Positions 19,136-34,962 of a DNA stretch of 64,000 bases are shown piece by piece. The notes under the pieces are model-generated. The model was not told where the DNA came from. It was given only the letters and a program-made list of their open reading frames with translations, and ran no database searches. How positions within the stretch are numbered: position 1 is the first letter of the stretch; each line of letters starts with the position of its first letter. Source of the stretch: the human T2T-CHM13v2.0 reference genome, Homo sapiens; the NCBI RefSeq assembly GCF_009914755.1, contig NC_060930.1; one strand, 5' to 3'. A program made the position numbers and the translations under genes.

Positions 19136-19559
19136 TGTTGTAGAAAAAAACCAGGTTCTTGTCACACAACCAGGAGAAGTTTGGCACGCAGACACTTTGA
19201 AGGGTGAGGGGGAATGGAATGGTGAAAAGGCAAAAAAAAACAAAACTGCTCAGCAGAGCGAGAGGGGTTCCAGTTAACAGGCCCTCATCTCACAGATTGA
19301 ATCTCAGGTCCCCACCCAGGAACAGGAGAGGCCTGTCTCCTTCCCCCTGCAAACGGCCTGAACTTCCTGCGGCTCCACCCTATCCTCCCAGTGCACAGGC
19401 AGGTGGGCGATTACGGGGGTGGTGGGGAGGGCTCCTCCTTATCTTCGCAGGTGGGAGATTCCGGGGCGGGGCGGGGAGGGCTCCTCCTCATATTGGCGGG
19501 TGGGAGATTGGGGGGGGTGGGGGGAAGGGCTCCTCCTTATCTTCCTCCTGCATCTATCA
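19136..19559 (-). mobile_element. MER61-type solo LTR (ERV1)
   Basis: ggttcttgtcacac...ggcacgcagacactttgaagggtgagggg matches recalled MER61; TG...CA ends; 4-bp TSD gtga (19132-19135 / 19560-19563). Confidence 0.88.
19399..19544. repeat. Three-copy 48-49 bp G-rich minisatellite
   Basis: Units 19399-19446, 19447-19495 and 19496-19544, each gc(a/g)ggtggg..gatt..G-run..agggctcctcct..at.tt. Confidence 0.9.
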
Positions 19560-19687
19560 GTGAAGACGCTGAGGTTTGCAATTGTATAATATCCAGGTTT
19601 GCAATTGTATACTGCAGTTGTATAATTGTATAATATCCAGAGTTGAAAATAAAAAAAACAAACAAAAAAAGCTACAGTAGCATTCCC

Positions 19688-19994
<307 letters not shown>

Positions 19995-21433
19995 ATCATT
20001 CCCTTTTAAAATGTCAGCTAGGTAATAATCTTTTCTTTTCGAATCAAGTGGGGGTTTCACTAAGAAGGGTAGAGTATTATTTCTATGTGAGGCCAGGAGG
20101 CTATTGTTGGGTCCAAGAACAAATGCTTAGAGATAAGCTTGTTGGCCTCTCACGGTGTTGTGAGAGGGTTCAGAGTAGACAGACATGTGTCTTCCCCCTT
20201 TTCTGTCACCTTCCTTTCTGCCTACAATGCCCGTTTTTGATATCCAGCTGGTGAGAGTGGATAAATAATTTGTATCATAGTGTCAGCCTCCTCAGAAACC
20301 CATAAAGATTTCTTTAAGGATTTGGATCCGATATCTTTCTGAATTAGGCCCTAAATTATTATGAATGTGAACCTAGGTTATATGTCTTGCCTGTGGTATG
20401 TGTGCTGCGATACTTTGAAGCAGAATGATTTGTGGATCATTTTACCAGTCCTTTCTCTTTTTTGGTCAAATGCAGATGGCATGGAGGAAATGGAAAGTTC
20501 TAGGCATTTTTGCAACCACTACTATATAACTCTTATGGACCGGATAAATTTAGTAGACAAAGTAAGTGGTTAGTTTCTTGGACCTCGGTTTTCTGGTCTG
20601 TAAAATCAAGAGATGCATCAAAGTTTCTTTCTAGCTTTAAATTCTGTAATTCTTTCTTTGAGAATTGTGTAGCATGTATAATGTTTATGGGAAGTAAAGT
20701 TTAAGTCACTAAAAAGAGGCAGAAATCAGGTTATCACTCACAGGGCTGTTTTTTCAGCCTAGTCTCTGCCAATCCTAACCTTGTTAAAACTACAATGTGG
20801 CAAGAGATGATGTCCCATTATTATTTCTTTCACTCGAGAATGCTTCAGCTATATAGATCTATCAAAGCAGTTGTTACACTGGTGAGTTTCCCCATATCCA
20901 TCAGAAGAAGAAAATCCATCACACTTTTGACTACTTTTTCCTCTCCAAGAAAATGATCTTTAAGAGAATGACATGTAATATAGACTTTACTATTCTTGAG
21001 GCATTGGAGAAACTGCATCTGAAATAAAATCAATACATGATGCAGTGGTGTATGTACATTTCAAATATTGAATGGCAAAACATTTTATCAAAGACTTTGG
21101 GACTAAATACCCGTCGCAGACTTACATAAAGTAGGATAGAATACAGTAGAAATACGAGTGTACCTCCTGTGTATATAATACCTAGTCGTGGTTCAGTTAC
21201 TCCATATATCTCAACTACACTAACAGAAAGAGGTAGACTCATTAGAGGTTAAGAAAGGTAGACATTAGGGCTGGTATGTTTAGAAATTTGTTGTTCTTTT
21301 TTTTTTTTTTTTTTTTTTAGAGTTCCATCCCATAATCTCAGTTTAAGTTATAATGATGGTTACCAGGCAACTTAGAGGAACAAAAGCACAGTCTTAGCCT
21401 TCATATTTCTAGCTGAGGAAAGTAGACAAATAA

Positions 21434-21800
<367 letters not shown>

Positions 21801-22498
21801 TAACCTTCCTGGATTTGGTCCTTGAAACCAGTAATTTTAAATTACTGGCTAAATTAATTAAAATTACTGGTTAAATTAATTAAAACAAATGGCCAATAAA
21901 GCCAAACAGACACTGAGTCTTTTGTTGGTGTAAATTCCTTTACACATTTCATAATGTCTTCTATGATATTGGTTTACTTTTGGGAATTGAAACCTTTACA
22001 GAAAACTATCAGTTTCACTAAGATTTTACCATGAAATTATATATTAGATCATCTTCATTTATTTAATAAAGTGTTAAACACAAAGTTATTTCTAATTTTA
22101 TTTGGGTTTTCTATGTTTTAAAAATTAAGACTGCGTATTCTTTCCCCGACAAAATCCAGCTCTGGGATTCATTAATGTATTCGAATATTTTTTGGTTTTC
22201 TATTTACTTTTCAATATGATCTTTTTTCATTTAATATGATCTATCATTTTATGATATTCCAATGGCCTCTTTTGGGTATAAGGTGGAATCACATTCACAG
22301 GTCAGCCTGAGATCCACCGGCTGATAGCCCTGCCCTGGGGCCAGCAGACCCTTGGCCTCCTTTGTAGTTCTTTTTCTTCTTCCTTTTGGGGAAGGATGTT
22401 AGAACGGACTGGCTTTGATGTCTGTCAGGCTGTTTGCTGCTCATGGTCTCAGGGTTTACAGCCACCATCACTCTGTTGGCTTCAAAAGGGGCTACTCT

Positions 22499-22929
<431 letters not shown>

Positions 22930-22954
22930 CTAAGATAAAGCTATAATTTTGGTG

Positions 22955-23161
22955 TTTTTTGAGACGCAGTCTAGCTCTGTCACCCAGGCTGAGGGGCAGT
23001 GGAGTGATCATAGCTCACTGTAGCCTCTTCCTCCTGGGCTCAAGCCACCCTCCTGCCTCAGCCTCCCTAGTAGCTGCAACTACAGGTGCACTCCATCATG
23101 CCAGGCTATTTTTTTTTCTTTCATTTTTTTGCAAAGACTGGGTTTCCCTATGTTGCCCAGG
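22955..23161 (-). mobile_element. 5'-truncated AluJ
   Basis: gatcatagctcactgtagcctc; ends at gttgcccagg. Confidence 0.88.
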
Positions 23162-23583
23162 GTAAGTTATAGCATTTAACATAGCTTTATTAAAGGTATA
23201 GGGTAACAGGAGAGAATTATAGCATACAGAGTAACTTGTGACCAGATGTGAGATGATTATTTTCGGAATTTATAGGCCCAGGCCATCTGCATGGCTTTAA
23301 TTTTGGATTGATCTGCTCCCAGGCTCTGCCTGCTTTCCATGGAGGTGAAAGTCAGTATTCCCCACCATGTCTAGACTCCTGAGAATCCAGACTAAAGTCT
23401 CACTTGTCTCGGAGAAAAAAAGTAGAGTTTCTCCTTCAGTCTAAGGCCTTTTTTTTCCTTTCAGGATCTACCGCTTTTCAGGATGACTAATGGAAAGAAT
23501 ACTCATTTCCTTCAAAGATAATTTCACAGTTTAGGAGTGTTATTAGCTTAATTCATAGCCCTAGCGAGACCCCTATGTAATAC

Positions 23584-23768
23584 CATGGTCCGTAAGTTTT
23601 TAGCTTTGAGTACACATTCTCAAAGTACACAGGCTTTGAGTGATTCATGAAACCCGTGAAGCTGTGTGCAGATTTCTGGCCACATGCCTTTTTCTCGGGA
23701 GCAGATCCATCGCCCTCATCAGATTATTAAAGTGGTCTAGCATCTCCCCAGAAGATTAAGAACCACTT
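23584..23768 (+). mobile_element. MER117-like hAT-Charlie DNA transposon relic
   Basis: tttttctcgggagcagatccat...catcagatt...aagattaagaaccact resembles the recalled consensus. Confidence 0.55.
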
Positions 23769-24284
23769 AAGTAGGTCCAGCAACCGGACATTGGTTCAAG
23801 TGTGGATTAGTCACGTAGAGCATCAGGGGTTTCTTCCAGGTAGGGCTTCACTTAGAGTCCCTCCTCCATCAGCAAATATAGATGGGTTTTCACATCTTCT
23901 CTCCATACATTTATCTCTGCTTCTGATCCACAAATAAGGGCTGAAATGCAGGTATCTCCAGAGTGGTTTGTAGGAACCATATGGTCCAAATCCATTCTTG
24001 GACAAGAAGCATTTCTCCAGAGTTAACAGAGTCTGCAGAGATGTAATTTTGCCTAGGCTTTACAGCTGTGGTCTTGTAACAATCTTTATTTCATAAGCTC
24101 TTTGCATAATTAAACTGCCTATTCGGCCAGTCTTCCTAGGATGAAGAAATTGTCTCTACAAAGTAAGTAGTATTCAGTTTCTACAAAGAGATAGTCTTTT
24201 GCCAAAGGATATCCACCTCACTGTGGTTTGAAATGTACTATTAGGATTTTAGAGATCTTAAAGCCAAGATTTAGCTAGGTCTAA

Positions 24285-24580
<296 letters not shown>

Positions 24581-25061
24581 TAAGTCTAAATTCTAATAAT
24601 CACCTATACTCCTTTCTCTCAGCAGCCTTTGCCAGATGGAAACTTCTCTGAGGTACCTGCCCCAGGACTTGGAGTCTAGGGGAGGGATGATGGCAATGAA
24701 AGGTTTCTTTTCTCCTGTCACATCTTGCTCCAGACGTCATCTTGTCTCCTGTTACACTTGGATCTCAGGCATCTATCCTGGCTTGATGTTGGAGTCCCCC
24801 AGGTGCCTCATAGTCCCCTGGACACTGGCAGGGTCACCTTTCTTTTCTGAAATTGCAGGGCAGCTTGATGTACATTGTAATGAACCCAATTTATGATGCC
24901 TGGCAATGCATTTACTAAGTGCCATTTATCTTTTTGTGTGTGGAACGCATTCAGTCTTCTAAGCAATGCCTGGATGTTCATTCATGTCTGGACTTCAGGT
25001 TAGGCATGAGGGTGAGGTAAAGTCATTTGCAACAGGGTTGCAGCTTTCGAAATTGGGGACG

Positions 25062-26010
<949 letters not shown>

Positions 26011-26876
26011 TGTTCAAGAAGGGCTTTTGACTGGGTCTCTTTTTCTGCCTCTGCTGTCCATGTCTCAGCATAATGTTTTAGTTTGAAATGGGATTGCTCT
26101 TTTTTTTTTTTGCCTTCATCAACTGTTTTTCTATCTCGTGTGGTTTTCCTTGTTAGAGGTGGATGCTGGGGCTTTGAAACCAGTCTGCTGAGTGGTTTCT
26201 AATATTACTGTTAGGCATGGGAAAAGGAAATCTGAGGGATGTGAATTTGGATCACTGACCTGGCAGGTTGTCAGTTTTCTCAGGGTGACGTAGTTTCTTG
26301 CTTAGGTGCCATCAGCGAAGGTTAAGAAAGTCCTCTCACTTCCATCCCTCATGAAGGAACTCAGGAGGTGATTACAAAACAGTGTTGCTGAATCTCACCG
26401 CAATTAGTGCAAGGGTAGAACATGTCTCCAGGTTATGATCATGGCTCCTTCCTCTCTTTGCTCTCCATGATCAGATTTCCCCCTCTATTGCTTTGTTTTG
26501 ATGGGTATTTTACAGGAACCCGGGAGAGAACAGTCTCAGGATATGTACTATGGTACCATTTCACCTCCAATTTAGAATATTTTAATAAGTGATGATTTTA
26601 CAGATTTGCAACTTGTGATCATTTATTCATTGATAGAGAATGCTAGCCAATTAAAAACAGCAACTTTCCTAGTGTCTTAGAGTTTGAAATTTCACGTGAA
26701 GGAAATATAAAATTAGGAAGTATCTAATAAATAGTTGAAGGTCTTTTAGTTTGACATCAACTTTTAAGTGTATCAATTATTTTATTGTAGAGGATTTGCT
26801 CATCCTTTTGTGTACTATTAATATTAAATATCCCACTTTGGACTAGATGAAAATAATTATTTTACAACATTATTAA

Positions 26877-27253
<377 letters not shown>

Positions 27254-27622
27254 TAGACCTTCACTAAGTTATACTGTCTTCCCTCACCCGATTGCCCTGA
27301 ACTAGTACCATTGTAATCTCTGTTCCAACCGTAGAGACAGTTTGCAGAATTTTCAGGGCTGAGCCGCAGTTCTGGCCCAGGTTCCTGTGGATGCTGAGGT
27401 TTCCGCTGACTTCCAAGATAGCACGGAGGTGGGGGCGTTGTGTCCTATGCTGCGTTCAAAAGCTGAGCTTCCGTTGCCTTAGCATTTCGCTAATGGCAGC
27501 TGTGCTGTGTGTCTTTATTGCAGGTGCTTTTTCCTGATATTTGTTTGAGCTGTTGGTGTTCAGCCTTGGTCATTTAGATTCTTCTTATCTCCCTGTTATC
27601 ATGGTGTTTAGTTTAGTGTGTG

Positions 27623-27988
<366 letters not shown>

Positions 27989-28761
27989 TAATGCATAGGG
28001 TTAATAAATTGTTATTAGATCTCCCTGGCCAAGCTTAGAATAGAGCAAAGAGTCACTGAGAGCTAGATGTGTAGACAGGGGCCTTGAAAGTTTTGGTGAT
28101 TTGCTCAAGGTAACCCAGCGGGTGGGTGGTAACAGAGCTGAGACTGCTGGGAGCTCCTTTTCAGTGATGCTTAACCATGTCTCCCTTCTGCTGCCTGTAG
28201 CTGTTTCTGTGTCTGGACTTGTAATCATAGGTGGATTCATATGACACCTCTCTAACTGCACCAAGAACAGGAATGTCCACCCTCCTTGAAGGATATGAGT
28301 TCTAATGTGGATTCTTGGTCTTCTTTGGGGGCTCTTCTTATGTTTAATGCACTTGTTGCAGCATATACTGAGAGTCTGTGAAATGTTTTCAGATGTAAAC
28401 TATTGAATCATTTCAAGTATTTGTATTCATTAGTACTCATAGCACAAATGCCATTCCTGTCCCTTAAAGTGTGCAAAGCATGGGTGTTTGAGGGCTTGGC
28501 AACCAACGTGTGGGCACCTCTATTTTGAAATCGGTTTTGTTTGCAATTAACAAAGGTTAACAAAAAAGTCCTTTTGGGAAGTTTGGCCGAGGTCCTAGAA
28601 TTTGTACATACCTTTGCAATGTGCTCATACTCTGTGGCACATCTAGGATCCTCAGCCCCTTGTTCTTCGCTTTTTCAGTTGACCAAGTTAAATATTAAAG
28701 GAAGAGGATTTCTTTCTTGCTACCAGGGGATTTTATCATGGTAAAAGGCTTTTAAATAATT

Positions 28762-28915
28762 TTTTAAAGTTGTGATAAAATACACATAACATAAAATTTG
28801 CCATTCGAACCATTTTTAAGCATACGGTTCAGTGGTGTTAAGTATATTCACATCATTGTGCAACCATCACCACCATCCATCTCCAGAACCCTTTTCATCT
28901 TGCAAGACTGCAACT
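28762..28915 (-). mobile_element. L1MB 3' end fragment
   Basis: aaaatacacataacataaaattt...gtgcaaccatcaccaccatccatctccagaac. Confidence 0.8.
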
Positions 28916-28966
28916 GGGCGTGGCAAAATATTTTGTATGTACAAATAAATCTTTAAAGCTGAAACA

Positions 28967-29257
<291 letters not shown>

Positions 29258-30629
29258 GGCTGAAACAATAAAGTTCTTATGGTAGAAGGTGCAGTAGTGA
29301 CATATCTCTAATTCAATTTATATTTTCTGTTTCTTTAACATTTCAACATCTTCAAGTAACATTTATATAGTGTTTTCTTATATTCTCATTGAAGATTCAA
29401 AACTCATGTGGGATAGGCATTAATATTCCCATTTTATAAATGAGGAATTTGAAGTAGTAACAGAAAAAAGGTAATGAACAAATCAGGACTCCAGCTTAGT
29501 GCTGTGGGCTCTAAATCCTTTTCTGTCTCCATTCTACTGTGCTTCAAAAGGCTGTGACTAATGTTTTCTTTATCTATCTATCTACCTAGCTAGCTGGCTG
29601 GCTGGCTATTTAGCTAGCGATCTCTTTATTTTGTGGGGATGGAGCAGGCATTGAGGGAGGCTTTCTGGAGTTTTGTTTTAAATTCTGGGTCTTGCCCTGA
29701 CAACAGACAGTTGTGTTCATAACCTTGGGCATCTCATCGGATCAGGGATTATGGTGCTTTGCCTAAACACTTAGTAGATGCAGCAGCTGTCTATTCAAAT
29801 ACTACTTTAAAAAATGCCTGGAATTGTATTTAAATTGCTTCAATTTTTCACTAATTAAATTGTAGATTGTTTCTCCTGGGGATTTTGCACTAGGCCGAGT
29901 TTCCTCAATTGTTGGTGTTGGACAATGACAAAATAAATCTTTTGCATTGTAGCTTAGTAAAAAATCCTGCTGAATGGGCTAAATAAGTCCACAGTCATCC
30001 CATAAGAGACTTATTTTTTAAAAAAACAATTTTTTTTTTTTTTGGTAAGACCAGGCATGGACAGATATTGGGCTTTTGTTTGTTTTTATTTCTGTACTTT
30101 GATTCTGGTGCTTAAAATACCTGGAGGGGTCACAGACACAACGGAGGCCCATGTCTTCTATTGAATGTGTCAGCTTCCTTGGTCTGCATGGGTTTTACCA
30201 AGAACTGTACAATGGAATTCAAATATTTTAAAACCACATGTGTGTTTCTCACATGGCTGCTACAGTTTAAATCTTTTGTCAGCCTGTTCAAGGGGTTAGA
30301 TGTAGCAACCAGTTTGCCCTAGGACTTTCTCTAGAGTCCTTATAAATGGTCATCTTGCTATAGCATTTACAAAGCATTTCTCTATGTGCTGTTTTCATTC
30401 ACAGAGAGGAGGAGAAAACAAAATTGGGAAAAGGAAAGAACTTAGAAGGGCTCAGTGTCCCTGCAGAGCAGGAGCTTGTAACAATATGCCCTTGATATTT
30501 TTAAACAAAAATGCTTGCTTGCTCTTAAAATGCAAATTGTTTCCATTCCCCTAAAAAAAATGCACAATTTCATGCTAATGTTCACCTCTCTATCCACAGA
30601 TAATTAAGACTTTGCTCTCAGAATAAATA

Positions 30630-30860
30630 AGTACCTAACACTTACGAGCACTGGCTTTGGGGCAGCCAGTGTCTATGCTAAACCTTTCACATGCACGAAC
30701 CTATTTAATACTCACAACGTAGTGAGGAAGGTGGTATTCTCCCCATTTTACAGACAGGAAAAAGAAGTTCAGGGAGGGGGTTAAGAGACCTGCTCAGATG
30801 TCTCACTGATAATAAGTGGCAGATCTGGGATTGGGTCCTTTCTGTGATATAAGTGCTCAG
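30630..30860 (-). mobile_element. MIR
   Basis: ccccattttacagacaggaaaa core motif. Confidence 0.7.
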
Positions 30861-31463
30861 GGTTTTTAAAAAGCAACAGGGTTTTTTTTAAGGGTTGTTG
30901 CTGATATTAACAATTTTCAGATATGAGAACCAATGTGGAAGCAACTCAGCATATGGATGTTATAGCCAATCTCAGATAAAATGTAAGAGGCAAGTTCTGC
31001 TCAACAATGTGCTAACATCGGCAGAGCTGAAGTGGGGAGCTGGAGAGGTACCAAAATATTGGATAGGAAACCGAATGCTTTTTCAAATCAAGTACCTCTG
31101 AGTGACCCTAGACAGTTGGTGAGAAAGAGTTTGTCACCAACATAAATAATTGGAAAGAAGTGTTAGATGCGTTTGAAGCAACCCAGAGATTCCCTTGTGA
31201 AGCTGTTGAGAAGAGACTAGAGTGTGAAGAAAAGAAGCTTGCTTGGTGTCCAAGATAAAATAAGGGATGGATCTTAGCACTACAGATGGAAACTACAGCA
31301 GCAAATAACAGAACCAGAAGAGATACTTTTCTATCTGGATTTATGCAGAAAGGATGTCAGGTAACTACTGATGAAAGCAAATAAATCCCCAGTGGCTATA
31401 GTATCAGATAAAAATGCAGGACACATTTAAAATGGGCTCTCCACATACAAATTCCTCTTTTGA

Positions 31464-31795
<332 letters not shown>

Positions 31796-31973
31796 TACCA
31801 TATAAATTACATTGTAGGTAAAGGTCTGTGGTAGCCTTATATATTTAATTCATTTAAAACAAACCCAAGTACGTCTTTCCACAGACTCTCACACCACATT
31901 ATTATTCAGCATACATTCTCCTTATTAATTTTTGGAATTAAGTATAGTTATTATGTTCTTAAAATTGTTTCCT

Positions 31974-32262
31974 GGCTGGCCGCGGTGGCTCACGCCTGTA
32001 ATCTCAGCACTTTGGGAGGCCGAGGCGGGATCACTTGAGGTCAGGAGTTTGAGATCAGCCTGTTCAACACGGTGAAACCTTGTCTCTACTAAAAATACAA
32101 AAATTAGCTGGGCGTAGTGGTGGGTGCCTTTAATCCCAGCTACTTGGGAGGCTGAGGCAGGAGAATCACTTGAACCAGGGAGGCGGAGGTTTCAATGAGC
32201 TGAGATCACGCCACTGCACTCCAGCCTGGGCGACAGAGTAAGACTCTGTCTCAAAAAAAAAA
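31974..32262 (+). mobile_element. AluS
   Basis: TSD aaaattgtttcc. Confidence 0.93.
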
Positions 32263-33387
32263 ATTGTTTCCCAATGTTAGTTTTAGAAGATTATATAGCA
32301 GATGCCATGCTGAGGTAGTTCAGGAACCGTTTGTAAGGTAGTGATGAAATTCGGAGCTGGAGGGTGACTTACAGGTCAGTGAGAATAAAATGTTGCTGCT
32401 TATTTCTGAATGTCAAGTTACAATGACCTACTTTTTTTTTCTCATCTTCTTCATGATCCAAGTTTTCCAGGCATAAAATATTTGGAGGTGTTTTTTTCTC
32501 TTTCTTTGCTACTTCTCCTATGGTCATTGTGTTTCTTGCACTGGTCTGGCAAGGTAGACCTTTTAATCATATTTTAAGTTAAAAGATGTGGTAAAAGATT
32601 TTGAAACATTTAACAGGTTTTATTGGACAAATAGAAATTGTGTCACATTTGTGTACAAAAATGTTTCACTAAAATTAGGATTTCATTTAGGTCTATGTGT
32701 TTCTGTGGGGATGTGTGTGTGTGTGTCTGTCTCATAGCCTCTTCTGAAAATTTCTTGAAAGCAATAGAATGTTACCCCAAAAGGAAAAAAAAAACCCATA
32801 TATTCACTTGCACATTAGATTTTTTTCATACAATTTCAAATGGTGGATTCATCCTTGAACTCCTGCTTATGAATCCTTTGTTCTGAAATATCACAGGCCA
32901 TTTTGGATATACTTGGCTTTGGGTAGTGATTATTTGTGTAGTCTCCAGAGAAAGGTGGATGTTTGAAGTTGTATGACTTAGCAGGAAATTTCTAGATTTC
33001 AAGTGTAAGAGAAAATAAATCTTTTGCAAACCACGGGCCATACCTTGTATAAGGGAGAGAGACAACTTGAGTTTGAGGGTATTATGGAGATTTTGGATTG
33101 GAGGGAAATGGGGCTAGCGAAATATTAGAAAGCATAATTAATGGCTTTAGTGGTTTTTTAAAAACTTGGAACATACAATAACAAATGCAATGAAGACAAA
33201 CGGTGGTAAATATTTACAGTTACACTAGACCTTAAAGGCAGGGATCATGTCCTAGTGGTGTGTGATTTGGGAGCTCATACCTGGGAGTCAGTAATTGGCT
33301 GTGAGAGTGGAAGAGGCCAGTCCTCATTAGAGACCTTCTGGGAGGAGATGAGTTCTGGGCCAGAGCTTCATCTTGAAGCTTGTTAGA

Positions 33388-33676
33388 TTTTTTTTTTTTT
33401 GAGATGGCATCTCGCTGTCACCAGGCTGGAGTGCAGTGGTGTGATCTCGGCTCACTGCAACCTCTGCCTCCCAGATTCAAGCAATTCTCTGCCTCAGCCA
33501 CCTGAGTAGCTGGGATTACAGGCGCCCACCACCACGCCCGGCTAATTTTTGTATTTTTAGTAGAGATGGGGTTTCACCATCTTGGCCAGGCTGGTCTTAA
33601 ACTCCTGACCTCATGATCCACCTGCCTCGGCCTCCCAGAGTGCTGGGATTACAGGCGTGATCCACCGCGCCCGGCC
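33388..33676 (-). mobile_element. AluS
   Basis: TSD gaagcttgttagattt. Confidence 0.93.
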
Positions 33677-34702
33677 GAAGCTTGTTAGATTTAAACTTTC
33701 CCCTGCAAGGCACGTCAGTGGTAAACCACCTAACGTGGTGGGGAAAGCCCGGAAGAGTTGAGAAGCCTCTCTACCCTCCTTTCTCCTTCGAGGTAGAGGC
33801 ATCTTAACTCCCTAGCTCCTGCATTGTTACTAAGAGACCTGCAGCTAAACAAATGGTGCAAATCTTGGCCTAAAAGGAGCCAAAATTGTCACCTTAGACT
33901 GCATTTACCATCCTGCTAGCAATATGTAGTGAAAGACCACCTGCCTTCATCCTCTTGTAAATCCCAGTAATACTCTGTTTCTACCACTCACATGACATCC
34001 ATTAAGTAATTGCTTTCGTTCCTTTACTAGACTGAAAGGGACCTTCATTTAAGGTCAGAGATCTTTTCTAACACAATTTGGTAGTCCTTGCCTACCATGG
34101 AAAGCCACACATATATTGCTGGTGCTTAACAAATGCTTGCTGAGCAAATGTTTAAAAGGCCAGGTAGGGCGTGCCACTGAAAATCTCTAAAAATTCTCTT
34201 TGGATTGTCTGTAATACTGATCAGGTTGGAACAACAATTCAAAGTTATGCTGTCAGAGGCTGAACGATTTCCTTGTCATTAGGACAATCAATTTTGTAAT
34301 TTACCCTTAGTCTACACAGCAAGTAAATTGTAGTACTTGCATTTTTGGTTTCAATGATGTATATATAGAACCATGATGAATGGAATTATAGTCAAGTTCT
34401 GGTAATTTTAATGTATCGTCTCAGTTGTGGGTAGGGATAAGGTAGGGTCATTCATTAAATAACCATTCATTGATTAACATGTGTGAGGTGTGATTTTATG
34501 ATTTTTATGAGGAAATAAACAAAAAAAAATGTGTTTTTTTGCTTGTAAGTAGTTCTCAACTTGTTAGGGGAGATAGATGCATGAGAAGTAGTTACAATCT
34601 CTAATGTGTTAAGTAAGAGAGAGGTAAGGAAGGGAGGGACAAAGGAGGAACTGATTGATTTGGCTTGGGTGCAGGGAGAGGGGCCTTAAGTATGAGTTGA
34701 GA

Positions 34703-34962
34703 GTCCAGGAGTTCAAGACCAGCCTCGGAAATACAGTGAGACCCCATTCTCTACAAACTAACTAAATAAATAAATATAAAAAATTTTAAGAATTAGCTGG
34801 ACATGGTGGCGTGTGCCTGTAGTTCCAACTACTTGGGAGGTTGAGGCAGAAGGATTGCCTGATCCTGGGAGGTCCAGGTTACAGTGAGCACTGCACTCCA
34901 GCCTAGGCAACAGAGTAAGACATTGCCTCAAAAAAAAAAAAAAGAAAATAAAAGAAAAAAAA
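34703..34962 (+). mobile_element. 5'-truncated AluJ inside an L2 remnant
   Basis: TSD-like aagtat(g/c)agt(t/a)gagag. Confidence 0.88.

Noticed and set aside
19204-19563. 119-aa G/R-rich ORF; possible p53 site because MER61 often carries one
   Set aside because: The ORF is LTR plus minisatellite; I see no RRRCWWGYYY pair in this copy
20146-20167. Hairpin cctctcac-ggtgtt-gtgagagg resembling an iron-responsive element
   Set aside because: Loop is not CAGUGN in the right register and there is no bulged C
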